Shown here in pieces: positions 28,453 through 37,462 of a stretch of 64,000 nt of DNA (its first letter is position 1; every line of letters starts with the position of its first letter). Source of the stretch: Candidatus Bathyarchaeota archaeon (GTDB taxonomy: Archaea > Thermoproteota > Bathyarchaeia > TCS64); NCBI GenBank assembly GCA_018396865.1, contig JAGTRB010000010.1, forward strand, positions 7,967-71,966. The letters are read 5' to 3'. The notes beneath the pieces are model-generated. The model saw nothing but the letters and a program-made list of their open reading frames with translations. It was not told where the DNA came from and searched no databases. A program made the position numbers and the translations under genes.

Positions 28453-29205
28453 GTGAGGAATGAGTTGAAGAGGAGGATAAAGGCTGGGGGACAGGCCCTG
28501 GGCGTTTGGGTGACCATAGAGAGCCCGATAGTCACCGAGCTCCTATCCACCCTGGGCTTCGACTACCTGGTCTTCGACACCGAGCACAGCCCTCTGGACA
28601 TATATCAAGCCCAGACCCTGATGCAGGCCATCAGGGGAAGCGGAACCACCCCAATAGTCAGGGTTTGGTGGAATGACATGGTCGCGATCAAGAGGGCCCT
28701 CGACATAGGGGCCTATGGGGTCGTCATACCCTGGGTGAATAACAGGGAGCAGGCCGAGATGGCCGTGAAGGCCTGTCTATATCCACCAAGGGGCCTTAGG
28801 GGATGCGGACCAAGGAGGGCGGCTCTACTGGACCCAGAATACCTTAAGACAGCAGACGATGAGATCCTAATAATAGCTCAGATAGAGACGAGGGAGGCCG
28901 TGGAGAGGATAGAGGAGATCGTCTCGGTTGAGGGCATCGACGTGACCTATATAGGTCCATCAGACCTATCAGCCTCATACGGCCACCTGGGAGACATGGG
29001 GCACCCGGAGGTCCAAGAGGCGATTGACAGGGTATTCGACGCCTCCAGGGAGGCCGGAGTGGCGACAGGCATCCACATGGGCTCTGGAAAGCCTATCATC
29101 GAGAGGGTAAAGAAGGGATACAACCTGATAACTGTGGGAAATGACCTGGGCTTCGTGAGATCTGGAGCTATAGAAGTCTTAAAAGGGCTTGGAAAGAAGG
29201 TTTGA
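28453..29205 (+). CDS. HpcH/HpaI-family 2-keto-3-deoxy-acid aldolase
   Basis: Family-typical length and motifs (e.g. IAQIET). GC-rich like the surrounding genome. Confidence 0.7.
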   Translation: MRNELKRRIKAGGQALGVWVTIESPIVTELLSTLGFDYLVFDTEHSPLDIYQAQTLMQAIRGSGTTPIVRVWWNDMVAIKRALDIGAYGVVIPWVNNREQAEMAVKACLYPPRGLRGCGPRRAALLDPEYLKTADDEILIIAQIETREAVERIEEIVSVEGIDVTYIGPSDLSASYGHLGDMGHPEVQEAIDRVFDASREAGVATGIHMGSGKPIIERVKKGYNLITVGNDLGFVRSGAIEVLKGLGKKV

Positions 29206-29282
29206 AAATTTTATTTTAAATTTTAAAGTAGTTATTCGAAACTCTTTTAAGTAATAAAATAAATGAAGTTGGAGGTGTTGAT

Positions 29283-30044
29283 TTGGTTTATATTGATGCT
29301 CATACGCATTTTGGAAAGGGGATGCCTCAGGGGATACCGCCAGAAGGTGTGGAAAAATATATTCAAATGATGGATAAGATCGGCATGAATGCGGTTATTA
29401 TAACTCCCTGTTATGCTTCAATATCCCCTGATAGAACCTATGATGAGGCAAATAGACTTCTTGCTAATGCCATGAAGAAATATCCAGATAGGCTTTTTGG
29501 TTTAGCTAGAGTCAACCCGCATTTTATGAAGAGATCCGTTGAAATTGCTGAGAAATACCTGAAAGAGGGCTTCTGGGGGATTAAATTTCATCCCCGAAAT
29601 GAAGCTTTTCCAATAAATCATAAGGATCTGGTTTTTCCAATAATGAAAAAGGTAGAGGAGCTCGGCGGGCTTGTGCTATTTCACAGCGGCTGTCCTGTCT
29701 ATTCGCATCCTACTCTCGTAGGAGATGTTGCTGATAATTTTCCAGAAGTCCCGATAATTATCGGTCATATGGGTGGCCGGTTTGTGGACGACGCCATTCT
29801 GGTTGCTAAGTGGTTTGATAATGTTTTTATAGATACTAGTTTCTGCAGAGGCGTTGGTTACATTGAAAAGGCTGTCGAAGTAGCGGGAGCCGAAAAAGTT
29901 TTATATGCATCAGACTACCCGCAGGGGAGCATGGAAGTTGAAACTTTGAAAGTTAAGTTGGCCGAGATATCGAGCAGGGATAAGGAGTTAATATTGGGAA
30001 GAAATATAAAGAATATTTTATTATCTATAAGAAAAGAGAGGTAA
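29283..30044 (+). CDS. Amidohydro_2 (PF04909) TIM-barrel metal-dependent hydrolase, predicted active
   Basis: IDAHTH metal-binding motif, HMGG and a D(Y)P acid motif. Confidence 0.7.
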   Translation: MVYIDAHTHFGKGMPQGIPPEGVEKYIQMMDKIGMNAVIITPCYASISPDRTYDEANRLLANAMKKYPDRLFGLARVNPHFMKRSVEIAEKYLKEGFWGIKFHPRNEAFPINHKDLVFPIMKKVEELGGLVLFHSGCPVYSHPTLVGDVADNFPEVPIIIGHMGGRFVDDAILVAKWFDNVFIDTSFCRGVGYIEKAVEVAGAEKVLYASDYPQGSMEVETLKVKLAEISSRDKELILGRNIKNILLSIRKER

Positions 30045-30050
30045 TGTAAT

Positions 30051-30806
30051 TTGAAAGTTATTGATGCCCTTTCGTATGTTGGAAAAAGTGTATATTTCAA
30101 GAGGGAGTTTAAGGTGGAGGATCTAATTGAGCGAATGAATATGAATGGAATAGTAATGGCAGTTATAACCGCTCCACCTCCTGGGCCAGATTATACAGAG
30201 GCTAACAAAATTGTGTATGAAGCTGTGAAGAAATATCCAGAAAGTTTAATAGGTTTTTACAAAATGAATCCCTGGTTTGGAAAGGAAGAATTAGAGAGAG
30301 CAAAATCTGCCATAAAGGAATGGAACTTCAAGGGTTTAAAACTAGATCCGAAAGACGATGGATATAACGTCAATGATCCTATAGTGACCCCGGTGATGAA
30401 ATTGGCGGAGGAACTTGAGATACCGATATTCTTCCAATCCGGCGACTCAGACTTCTGTCCACCTGAGAAGGTAGTGCTCCTGGCGATCTCCTTTCCAAAC
30501 GTGACCGTTATGATGCAGCATGGAGGCTCTGATATAGTGACCCTCCTAGCTACCCACCCCCTCCTTTGCGATAGGACGAGAAATCTAGTACTTGGAACTC
30601 ATCCCCTAAGAGGCTCAGGACCCGATGGGGCGGACCGATCCTTGAAGAATCTACCTAAGGCTTTAGAGAGAAACATCGTGTTTACATCTGAAATGCCCTT
30701 CGGATATCCCGAACTGGAACTGAAAATCATTGAACTAACAAATCTGAATAAAGAGATTAAGGAACTAGTTTTAAGAGAAAACATCAGAAGGATTTTAAAG
30801 ATATAG
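30051..30806 (+). CDS. Amidohydro_2-like paralogue with degenerate metal site (predicted non-catalytic)
   Basis: Colinear with the upstream gene, but IDAHTH becomes IDALSY, HMGG becomes QHGG and SDYPQG becomes SEMPFGYP. Lies 6 nt downstream of its paralogue. Confidence 0.6.
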   Translation: MKVIDALSYVGKSVYFKREFKVEDLIERMNMNGIVMAVITAPPPGPDYTEANKIVYEAVKKYPESLIGFYKMNPWFGKEELERAKSAIKEWNFKGLKLDPKDDGYNVNDPIVTPVMKLAEELEIPIFFQSGDSDFCPPEKVVLLAISFPNVTVMMQHGGSDIVTLLATHPLLCDRTRNLVLGTHPLRGSGPDGADRSLKNLPKALERNIVFTSEMPFGYPELELKIIELTNLNKEIKELVLRENIRRILKI

Positions 30807-30910
30807 TTTTCTAGATCCCTTTTTTATTATATTTTAAATCAAACTCTTCACTACGAATTTTATTAACCGTAAATTTTAAATATATCTTTGAAATTGTCGG
30901 TAAGTGAAAA

Positions 30911-31687
30911 ATGGTCGCAATAAGATATACTTTAGTTGGAGCAATGCTAATTTTACTGATTGCCCTATATGCTATCTGTTTATACTTGATAAAAAGGGGG
31001 AGGTTCCCGACGTTTCGAGCGCTCCCTGGTCTGCTTGCCATAGATGAATGTATTGGAAGAGCTACAGAGATGGGGAAACCCGTCCTATTTACGGCTGGTC
31101 GAGGAGAGTTATATGAGTCTGGAGTGGGAACAATACTTGCAGGATTCGCTATATTGGGCAAAGTCGCAGAAGAATGTGTAAAGAAAAATACTGAGCTTAT
31201 TGTAGGTATTGGGACTGCTGCACATATCCCTATAATCACAAGTATTGTAGAACAAGCCTATTTAGCTGGAGGATCACCTGAGAACTTCAAGCCTGAAAAC
31301 CTGATCTTCCAAGGAGGAACGCAGTACTCCCAGATAGCAGGGATATGTGGCATTCTAGAAAGTAGAAAACCAGCAGCCTTCATAGCAACTGGCGGTTTTG
31401 CAGCTGATGTTTGCACATTAGGAGTGGTTGCGAGAGGTGTAGGAGCTTTATCGATATCTGGGCTTACTAATTATTACCAATTCCCCTATGCTGTCGCCGC
31501 CTACGACTACTGGCTTTTAGGAGAGGACCTGCTAGCAGCTTCTGCTTCCCTCACGAAGGAGCCTGGACAGGTATCAAACATCTGGAGCGGTGATCTCTTC
31601 AGATTCATATTGGTGGGCATAATTATACTTGGATTCATCGTATCATGGCTGGGATTTGATTTCTTCATAAAATACTTTAAACCTTAG
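30911..31687 (+). CDS. bitopic membrane protein (N- and C-terminal TM helices flanking a ~190-aa Gly-rich domain), unknown function
   Basis: Hydrophobic termini, with a stop-start overlap with the next gene. Confidence 0.5.
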   Translation: MVAIRYTLVGAMLILLIALYAICLYLIKRGRFPTFRALPGLLAIDECIGRATEMGKPVLFTAGRGELYESGVGTILAGFAILGKVAEECVKKNTELIVGIGTAAHIPIITSIVEQAYLAGGSPENFKPENLIFQGGTQYSQIAGICGILESRKPAAFIATGGFAADVCTLGVVARGVGALSISGLTNYYQFPYAVAAYDYWLLGEDLLAASASLTKEPGQVSNIWSGDLFRFILVGIIILGFIVSWLGFDFFIKYFKP

Positions 31688-31690
31688 GAG

Positions 31691-32338
31691 GTGTGTAAAA
31701 TGAGTTTTCTTAGAAAAAGGGAGATTCCCATGGGAATTATATTGATAGTAGCTTTGCTATGCATTTTCGACTACTTTATTACAGGAATAATTGAACTATC
31801 TAATGTTGTGAAAATGATTGGGAATTGGGCAATCGTGATCTCAGCAATAGCTATGGGTCTTGGAATGCTGAACTTACTTGTAGTAAATGCTAGAAACATT
31901 ATGCAAAGAAGAGGGAACTACTTTTATAGTTTATGGACTATAATAGTCATGTTGCTTACATTTTTCCTCGCTGCATATGGAGGTATGGACTATCCACCCT
32001 ACAAATGGATCTTTGATAACATATATCAACCAACAGGACAGGCCTTCTTCGGCCTATCATTTCTCTACACGTGTGCAGCTGCTTACATAGCCTTCAGGGT
32101 GAGAACACTAGAAACCTCCATGCTTCTAATAGCGGGCATTATAGGTATGATAGGAAGGACACCAATAATTTTAACCCTCTGGGGTGGCTTCACCCCGATA
32201 TCTGACTGGATCACTAACGTTCCAGGAGGAGGGACTTTTGCGGCATTCAAAATAAGCATTGGTCTGGGAACTATTTTGATAGGGATAAGAACCATACTCG
32301 GAATCGAAAGATCTTATCTGGGAGAGGAGATAGGTTGA
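31691..32338 (+). CDS. polytopic membrane protein (~6 TM), unknown function
   Basis: Six hydrophobic segments; overlaps the downstream gene by 4 nt. Confidence 0.5.
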   Translation: MCKMSFLRKREIPMGIILIVALLCIFDYFITGIIELSNVVKMIGNWAIVISAIAMGLGMLNLLVVNARNIMQRRGNYFYSLWTIIVMLLTFFLAAYGGMDYPPYKWIFDNIYQPTGQAFFGLSFLYTCAAAYIAFRVRTLETSMLLIAGIIGMIGRTPIILTLWGGFTPISDWITNVPGGGTFAAFKISIGLGTILIGIRTILGIERSYLGEEIG

Positions 32339-33189
32339 CATCAGAAAGAAAAAGTTTGGCTGAAAAGATTCTAACAATTAATCCAAAAATTGTGATGATA
32401 ATTTTACTGATTTTACTTATCATACCTTTAGCTAAGCCGTTAGCTCTTCCACTTGCAATAAGCAAAAACACTAAACATTTCTACGAAATTATAGATAGTT
32501 TTAATCCTGGAACAAAAGTGCTTTTCAGTTATATACCGACCACTGCAACAATGGGTGACCTATGCCCTCCATCCGTACCAGTGATTTATCATCTGTATAC
32601 AAAACAGGCGAAAATCTATTTCGTAGGAGTTGGGGTGGCGGATGGAATATTGACCTTAATAGATACACAGGTTTTTTCTACGATCCCACCGCAGAGATTT
32701 GGATATAAGTATGGAGAAGACTGGTGTAATCTAGGCTTTCTTGCAGGTGGAGATATATCTTGGGCAACATTCGCTAAAGATATTAGAGCAGCCGTAAAAT
32801 TTGATAGATATGGAAATCCAATAGATAGTCTTCCAATGATGAAAGGAATAAACTCTATAAAAGATTTTGATTATGTAATACATTGCGGGGAGTCTATCAC
32901 AATCCTTGTCCGGCAGTGGGGTGACCCATATAAAATGCCGCTTCTCGTGATATCAACAACCGCCGCAGTACCTATGGATGTTATACCATTCTATAGAACA
33001 GGTCAAATATATGAGTATCTAGGTGGGTTAGGCGCCGGAGCTGAATATGAGAAGTTAGTAAATAGACCAGGTAAGGCGATAGCATCGGTGGATGCTATCA
33101 CATTAACTCACCTATTTCTAATAGGTATAATCTTGCTAGGTAATATAGTTTACTCTTCAGTGAGATTAAGGGGAGGAAAGGTAAGATGA
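32335..33189 (+). CDS. bitopic membrane protein with large central domain (second copy of the module), unknown function
   Basis: Same architecture as 30911..31687; overlaps the downstream gene by 4 nt. Confidence 0.5.
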   Translation: MTSERKSLAEKILTINPKIVMIILLILLIIPLAKPLALPLAISKNTKHFYEIIDSFNPGTKVLFSYIPTTATMGDLCPPSVPVIYHLYTKQAKIYFVGVGVADGILTLIDTQVFSTIPPQRFGYKYGEDWCNLGFLAGGDISWATFAKDIRAAVKFDRYGNPIDSLPMMKGINSIKDFDYVIHCGESITILVRQWGDPYKMPLLVISTTAAVPMDVIPFYRTGQIYEYLGGLGAGAEYEKLVNRPGKAIASVDAITLTHLFLIGIILLGNIVYSSVRLRGGKVR

Positions 33190-33803
33190 TATCAACTGAT
33201 GTAGGGATATGGGTCTCAGTTATTCTAATAATATGTGTCTTAACTTTTATTATCAAGGATACACCTCTGTTTAGATTTTCTGAAAGTACCATTGTGGGAG
33301 TGACTGCGGGAGTGCTTGCTGCGCAGGGACTACAGAATGTTAAAAATCTCGCATGGAATCCTCTAATAACCAAAGCTGACTACATAAATATCATACCAAT
33401 CATCTTGGGAATCCTCGTTTTTACAAGGATTTCAAAGCAGATTGCTTATATAAGCAGGATACCGGTCGCCTTAATGCTCGGAGCTGGGGTCGGGGTCGCT
33501 GTAACTAGGACGATGGCAACTGAGATAATCCAGCAGGCTGCCGGTCTTTTTAAACCAATGCCAGCTGCAACGCCGGATATCATAAATCAGATCATCTTTC
33601 TATTATGTACCGTGGGAGTCCTTCTATTCTTCACATACACAAGAGCCCATGTTGGCGGATTGGGGATCTTAACAAAGATAGGAAGATATGCTTTGATGCT
33701 TGGTCTGGGCTCGATATACGCTGGACACATATACGCAAGGGCAGCGTGGCTCCTCCCAATACTCCAAAGAATAGTATGGGACTGGCTTGGAATAACCCTG
33801 TGA
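33186..33803 (+). CDS. polytopic membrane protein (~6 TM), unknown function
   Basis: Six hydrophobic segments; last gene of a 6-gene plus-strand operon. Confidence 0.5.
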   Translation: MISTDVGIWVSVILIICVLTFIIKDTPLFRFSESTIVGVTAGVLAAQGLQNVKNLAWNPLITKADYINIIPIILGILVFTRISKQIAYISRIPVALMLGAGVGVAVTRTMATEIIQQAAGLFKPMPAATPDIINQIIFLLCTVGVLLFFTYTRAHVGGLGILTKIGRYALMLGLGSIYAGHIYARAAWLLPILQRIVWDWLGITL

Positions 33804-33862
33804 AACTTTACTCTCCCCATTTTTATTTATTAAAACTTTATAAAGATAAAAGACATTTTTAA

Positions 33863-34903
33863 TCATTTTAGTATCTTTTCGATTACTCTTAAATTGTTGC
33901 CCCCCAAGATCTTAGTGATATCTTCATCTGAATATCCTCGAGCTACTAATCCTCTTGTAATGTTCGGAACCTTTGATATATCATCCAACCCAGGGAAACC
34001 ACAGCCTCCATCGAAATCTGAACCGAGACCTACATGGCTGGGCCCAACAAGGTCTATGACATGATCTAGATGATTAAGCCAATCATCCAAGCTCACTTTT
34101 GATAGTTCCTCTCTCGATGTGACATCTTTCATGAAGCCACCGCAGAAACTCAAGTTTATAACTCCATCATTCCTTGCCAAGGCTTCTATTTGGTCATCTT
34201 TAAGGTTTCGATGATGATCGTATAACGCCCTGCAGTTAGAATGAGAAGCAATCACTGGATCCTTAGTTATCTTCATAACATCCCAAAATCCAATCTCATT
34301 GAGATGTGAAACATCTATGATCATTCCAAGTCTGTTCATCTCCTTTACAACTTCAACCCCAAACTCAGATAGATGAGACCCTGAATCAAAGAGAGATCCA
34401 TCACCCAACTCGTTTCTATAGAAGTGGGTGAGGGTGATGGATCTAACCCCAAGCTTATAGAGCATCCGCAAAACTCCAAGATCCCCCTCTAATACCTCAC
34501 CTCCTTCTATTGAGATAATTGCAGCTATTCTTCCACTATCAACGATGTCCATTATGTCTTGATATTTTATAGCTAGAGCTATGTCACTTGAATTTTTCTC
34601 TATCTCTGAGTAAAATACATCTAGCATCTGAAGAAGTCTTCTGAGCCTTCGACCCCTATAGATAGGACGAGAGACCACCATTGCAAAGAAGAGACAGTCC
34701 ACTCCTCCCTCTCTAATTCTAGGTATGTCTACCTGACCCTCGATAGACCTCTCGCCGAGGGTACGTTTCAGTGTGAACTCTACGCCGTGTGGCACGGGGC
34801 CAGACATTAAATCTTGAATGGTATCATTATGGGTGTCCACAACAATGGATTTACGGTGAATGGTTAATGCTCTTTCCTCTTCTTCCATTGTAAGTCTAAA
34901 CAT
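33863..34903 (-). CDS. membrane dipeptidase, peptidase M19 (renal dipeptidase) family
   Basis: VDTHNDT N-terminal motif and M19-like metal ligands; 346 aa. Confidence 0.75.
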   Translation of the reverse strand: MFRLTMEEEERALTIHRKSIVVDTHNDTIQDLMSGPVPHGVEFTLKRTLGERSIEGQVDIPRIREGGVDCLFFAMVVSRPIYRGRRLRRLLQMLDVFYSEIEKNSSDIALAIKYQDIMDIVDSGRIAAIISIEGGEVLEGDLGVLRMLYKLGVRSITLTHFYRNELGDGSLFDSGSHLSEFGVEVVKEMNRLGMIIDVSHLNEIGFWDVMKITKDPVIASHSNCRALYDHHRNLKDDQIEALARNDGVINLSFCGGFMKDVTSREELSKVSLDDWLNHLDHVIDLVGPSHVGLGSDFDGGCGFPGLDDISKVPNITRGLVARGYSDEDITKILGGNNLRVIEKILK

Positions 34904-35227
34904 TAAGCAAACACCTCATCATGTATTGTTAAATGTATCTTATTTATTTTTAAATTTTTCTGTGATAAGACCATCCTTTGAACTAAGAAAATAGTTTAAA
35001 ATACGGATAAAAATCAAAATCCCTGTAAAATCATTAAATAATAAATCAATTTTTATCCACATTGATTTTATTATAGAGAAAATGGACCCGGAAGTGTTAC
35101 ATACATGTTGTTTTAAATATTTTTATATAGAAGTAAATAATATTTCAGAGTCAGAATTTAATAGTTTGATGGGCTTTTATTTTTTATTTATTATTAAATT
35201 TCCTCATCTTATGATATGCTGTGGGTC

Positions 35228-36436
35228 TTACTCAAACTCTATTGTTCCCGGGGGCTTTGGGGTGACATCATAGTAGATGCTGGAGACCATTTCACACTTA
35301 TTCAGGATCTTTCTTGACAGCTCCTCCAGCGCTCTCCACGGGATTTCCGCTGGCAGGGCCCTCAGGAAGTCCTCGGTGGTTACCGCTCGTAGGGCGATGG
35401 AGTACCCCCTCTTTTCCTCTCTGTCTATTAGGTATAATATTCTGGTTATCTCAGGGTGGTGTTCTTGGAGTCTAATCCTCATCCTTTCAAGCACTTTGGG
35501 ATCGTAGGATCTAGCCCTAGTGGTGGGCTCCGGGATCTCTACTTCTGCTATCAGTCCATAGGAGCGCTTTCCCTCTATGATGCCTGTGGCCCTTTCCTTC
35601 GGGAGCTTGACCTCAGCCTGGGATGGGTCTAGGCCGAGAGCCCTTGACGCCTCTATCGATAATGCCTTTGAGGGCTCTGATTCCATTCCTAGGATGGCTG
35701 GGAAGTACTGGTCAGGCTCGTGGGATTCAAGCTCTTTTTCTACGATCTCGGTGGCTGCCTTCAGGGTTTCAAGCTTCTCCAGTGTGACCTCTCCAAGAAC
35801 CCTGATGGAGAGGCCTGGGCCTGGGAAGGGCTGCCTCTCTGAGATGGCCTTCGGAACCCCAAGGTATCTTGCGACCTCCCTCACCTGCTCCTTGTATAGA
35901 TCCGAGATGGGCTCCAGAACCCTCAGGCCGTATCTCTCAGCGGGGTCGATACCTATCTGCTCTAGGACATTGTGCTGGGTCTTGATCCCCCTCTCTGTCT
36001 CTACGATATCGGCCCTTATCGTCCCCTGAACCAGGAAGCTGCAGTTCTCCCTCTGCGATACCTCCCCTAGGGTTCTGTAGAAGGCCTCCCTGAAGGCCTT
36101 CCTCTTCTCCTCCGCGTCCCTCAAGCCCTTCAAGGCCTCCATGAACATGTCCCTCTCATCCACGATCTTTACTTGGAGGTTCAATGGTGGTGAGGATAGG
36201 AGTCCCCTGACTCTTTCAGGCTCTCCTTGACGCATGAAGTTGTCGTCGATGAATATGCAGAGGAGCCTATCCCCAAGGGCCCTCCTCGCTATGACGGCGG
36301 AGACCGTGCTGTCCACCCCTCCTGAGACAGCTACCAGGGCCCTCCCATCCCCGACAGCCCTTCTGATGGCCTCAACCCTCTCGGATATGAGCCTTGGGAT
36401 ATCCAGGCTTCGCATGCCTAAAGATCGGAGGGGCAT
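35228..36436 (-). CDS. guaA: GMP synthase, ATP-pyrophosphatase subunit B
   Basis: PP-loop VSGGVDSTV and the GMP-synthase dimerisation C-terminus ending PGTIEFE. Confidence 0.85.
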   Translation of the reverse strand: MPLRSLGMRSLDIPRLISERVEAIRRAVGDGRALVAVSGGVDSTVSAVIARRALGDRLLCIFIDDNFMRQGEPERVRGLLSSPPLNLQVKIVDERDMFMEALKGLRDAEEKRKAFREAFYRTLGEVSQRENCSFLVQGTIRADIVETERGIKTQHNVLEQIGIDPAERYGLRVLEPISDLYKEQVREVARYLGVPKAISERQPFPGPGLSIRVLGEVTLEKLETLKAATEIVEKELESHEPDQYFPAILGMESEPSKALSIEASRALGLDPSQAEVKLPKERATGIIEGKRSYGLIAEVEIPEPTTRARSYDPKVLERMRIRLQEHHPEITRILYLIDREEKRGYSIALRAVTTEDFLRALPAEIPWRALEELSRKILNKCEMVSSIYYDVTPKPPGTIEFE

Positions 36437-36479
36437 CTAATAACTCTTCTTTTGGACTACCAGAAAGGCTTAAGAGAGG

Positions 36480-37331
36480 ATGGTTTGCCCTCTTGACTTA
36501 CAGCTGATGAGGGATTTTATGGGCGAGGACATCTCGATAATAGGGGCTGGAGTTATAGGAGGGGCCATTGCCAGATGCCTTGTGAGGAGCGGGTCCTTCC
36601 GACGGATAATAGCCACGAGGAGGAGGGCCGAGAAGCTTAAGCCCCTATCCGACCTGGGCGTGGAGGTCACTACAGATAACCTCAGGGCCGCAAGGGAAGG
36701 GGAGATAATCATCATCTGTGTCAAGCCTAAGGATGTATCGGGCGTCCTAAGGGAGCTGAGGGAGGCAGTGGAGGGTAAGCTGGTCATCTCCACAGCCGCA
36801 ACCATTCCACTATCCATATACAGGTCTACAGCCCCTGGGGCGAGGTATGTCAGGGCCATGCCCAATATCGCGGCATTGGTGGGGGAATCCTTCACCGCCT
36901 ACTGCTGCGATGAGATGATAACCGAGAGGGATAGGGATGTGGTTAAGAGGATATTTGAGACCATGGGCCCATGTGAGGAGGTTGAGGAGGGATACATGGA
37001 CGCCGTGACCGGCCTAAGCGGAAGCGGCCCAGCCTATATAGCAACAATAATAGAGGCGATGATGTACGCAGGCCTGAAGGTGGGCCTACCAAGGGAGCTA
37101 TCCCTCTCCAGCTCAGCTCAGGCCGTTCTAGGGACTGCGAAGCTGATCCTCGAGGGTGGGCTCACCCCTTCCGAGATTAAGGAGATGGTCACCACCCCGG
37201 GAGGCACAACGATAGAGGGACTATACCAGCTCGAGGATGGGAAGGTGAGAACAGCCCTGATGAGAGCTGTTGAGGCGGCCACGGAGAAGTGCACGACGAT
37301 AAGGAGAAACTGGGTGAATGAGAAAACCTAG
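36480..37331 (+). CDS. proC: pyrroline-5-carboxylate reductase
   Basis: Rossmann motif IGAGVIGGAIA and the ProC C-terminal domain. The likely start is the internal Met near 36510. Confidence 0.85.
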   Translation: MVCPLDLQLMRDFMGEDISIIGAGVIGGAIARCLVRSGSFRRIIATRRRAEKLKPLSDLGVEVTTDNLRAAREGEIIIICVKPKDVSGVLRELREAVEGKLVISTAATIPLSIYRSTAPGARYVRAMPNIAALVGESFTAYCCDEMITERDRDVVKRIFETMGPCEEVEEGYMDAVTGLSGSGPAYIATIIEAMMYAGLKVGLPRELSLSSSAQAVLGTAKLILEGGLTPSEIKEMVTTPGGTTIEGLYQLEDGKVRTALMRAVEAATEKCTTIRRNWVNEKT

Positions 37332-37462
37332 CCTACAGAAGCCTGAAGACCGGCTGCAGGTTTATACATATTTCTATCATCTAAACTCTAAATATTTGTT
37401 CATAGGGATTGTAAGAGTTTAAGAGAATTATAAGTGGACTGCAATTTTTGGTGTACATCGAT

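Larger units (their letters stand above)
29206..35227. other. AT-rich compositional island (putative horizontally acquired segment)
   Basis: A sharp drop in GC is visible by eye, in coding and intergenic DNA, between the aldolase stop (29205) and the guaA-B stop (35228). The flanking genes are GC-rich. Confidence 0.55.

Noticed and set aside
30811-31239. 142-aa minus-strand ORF overlapping the first membrane-protein gene
   Set aside because: AT-rich shadow ORF. The plus-strand gene has convincing TM architecture and operon coupling.
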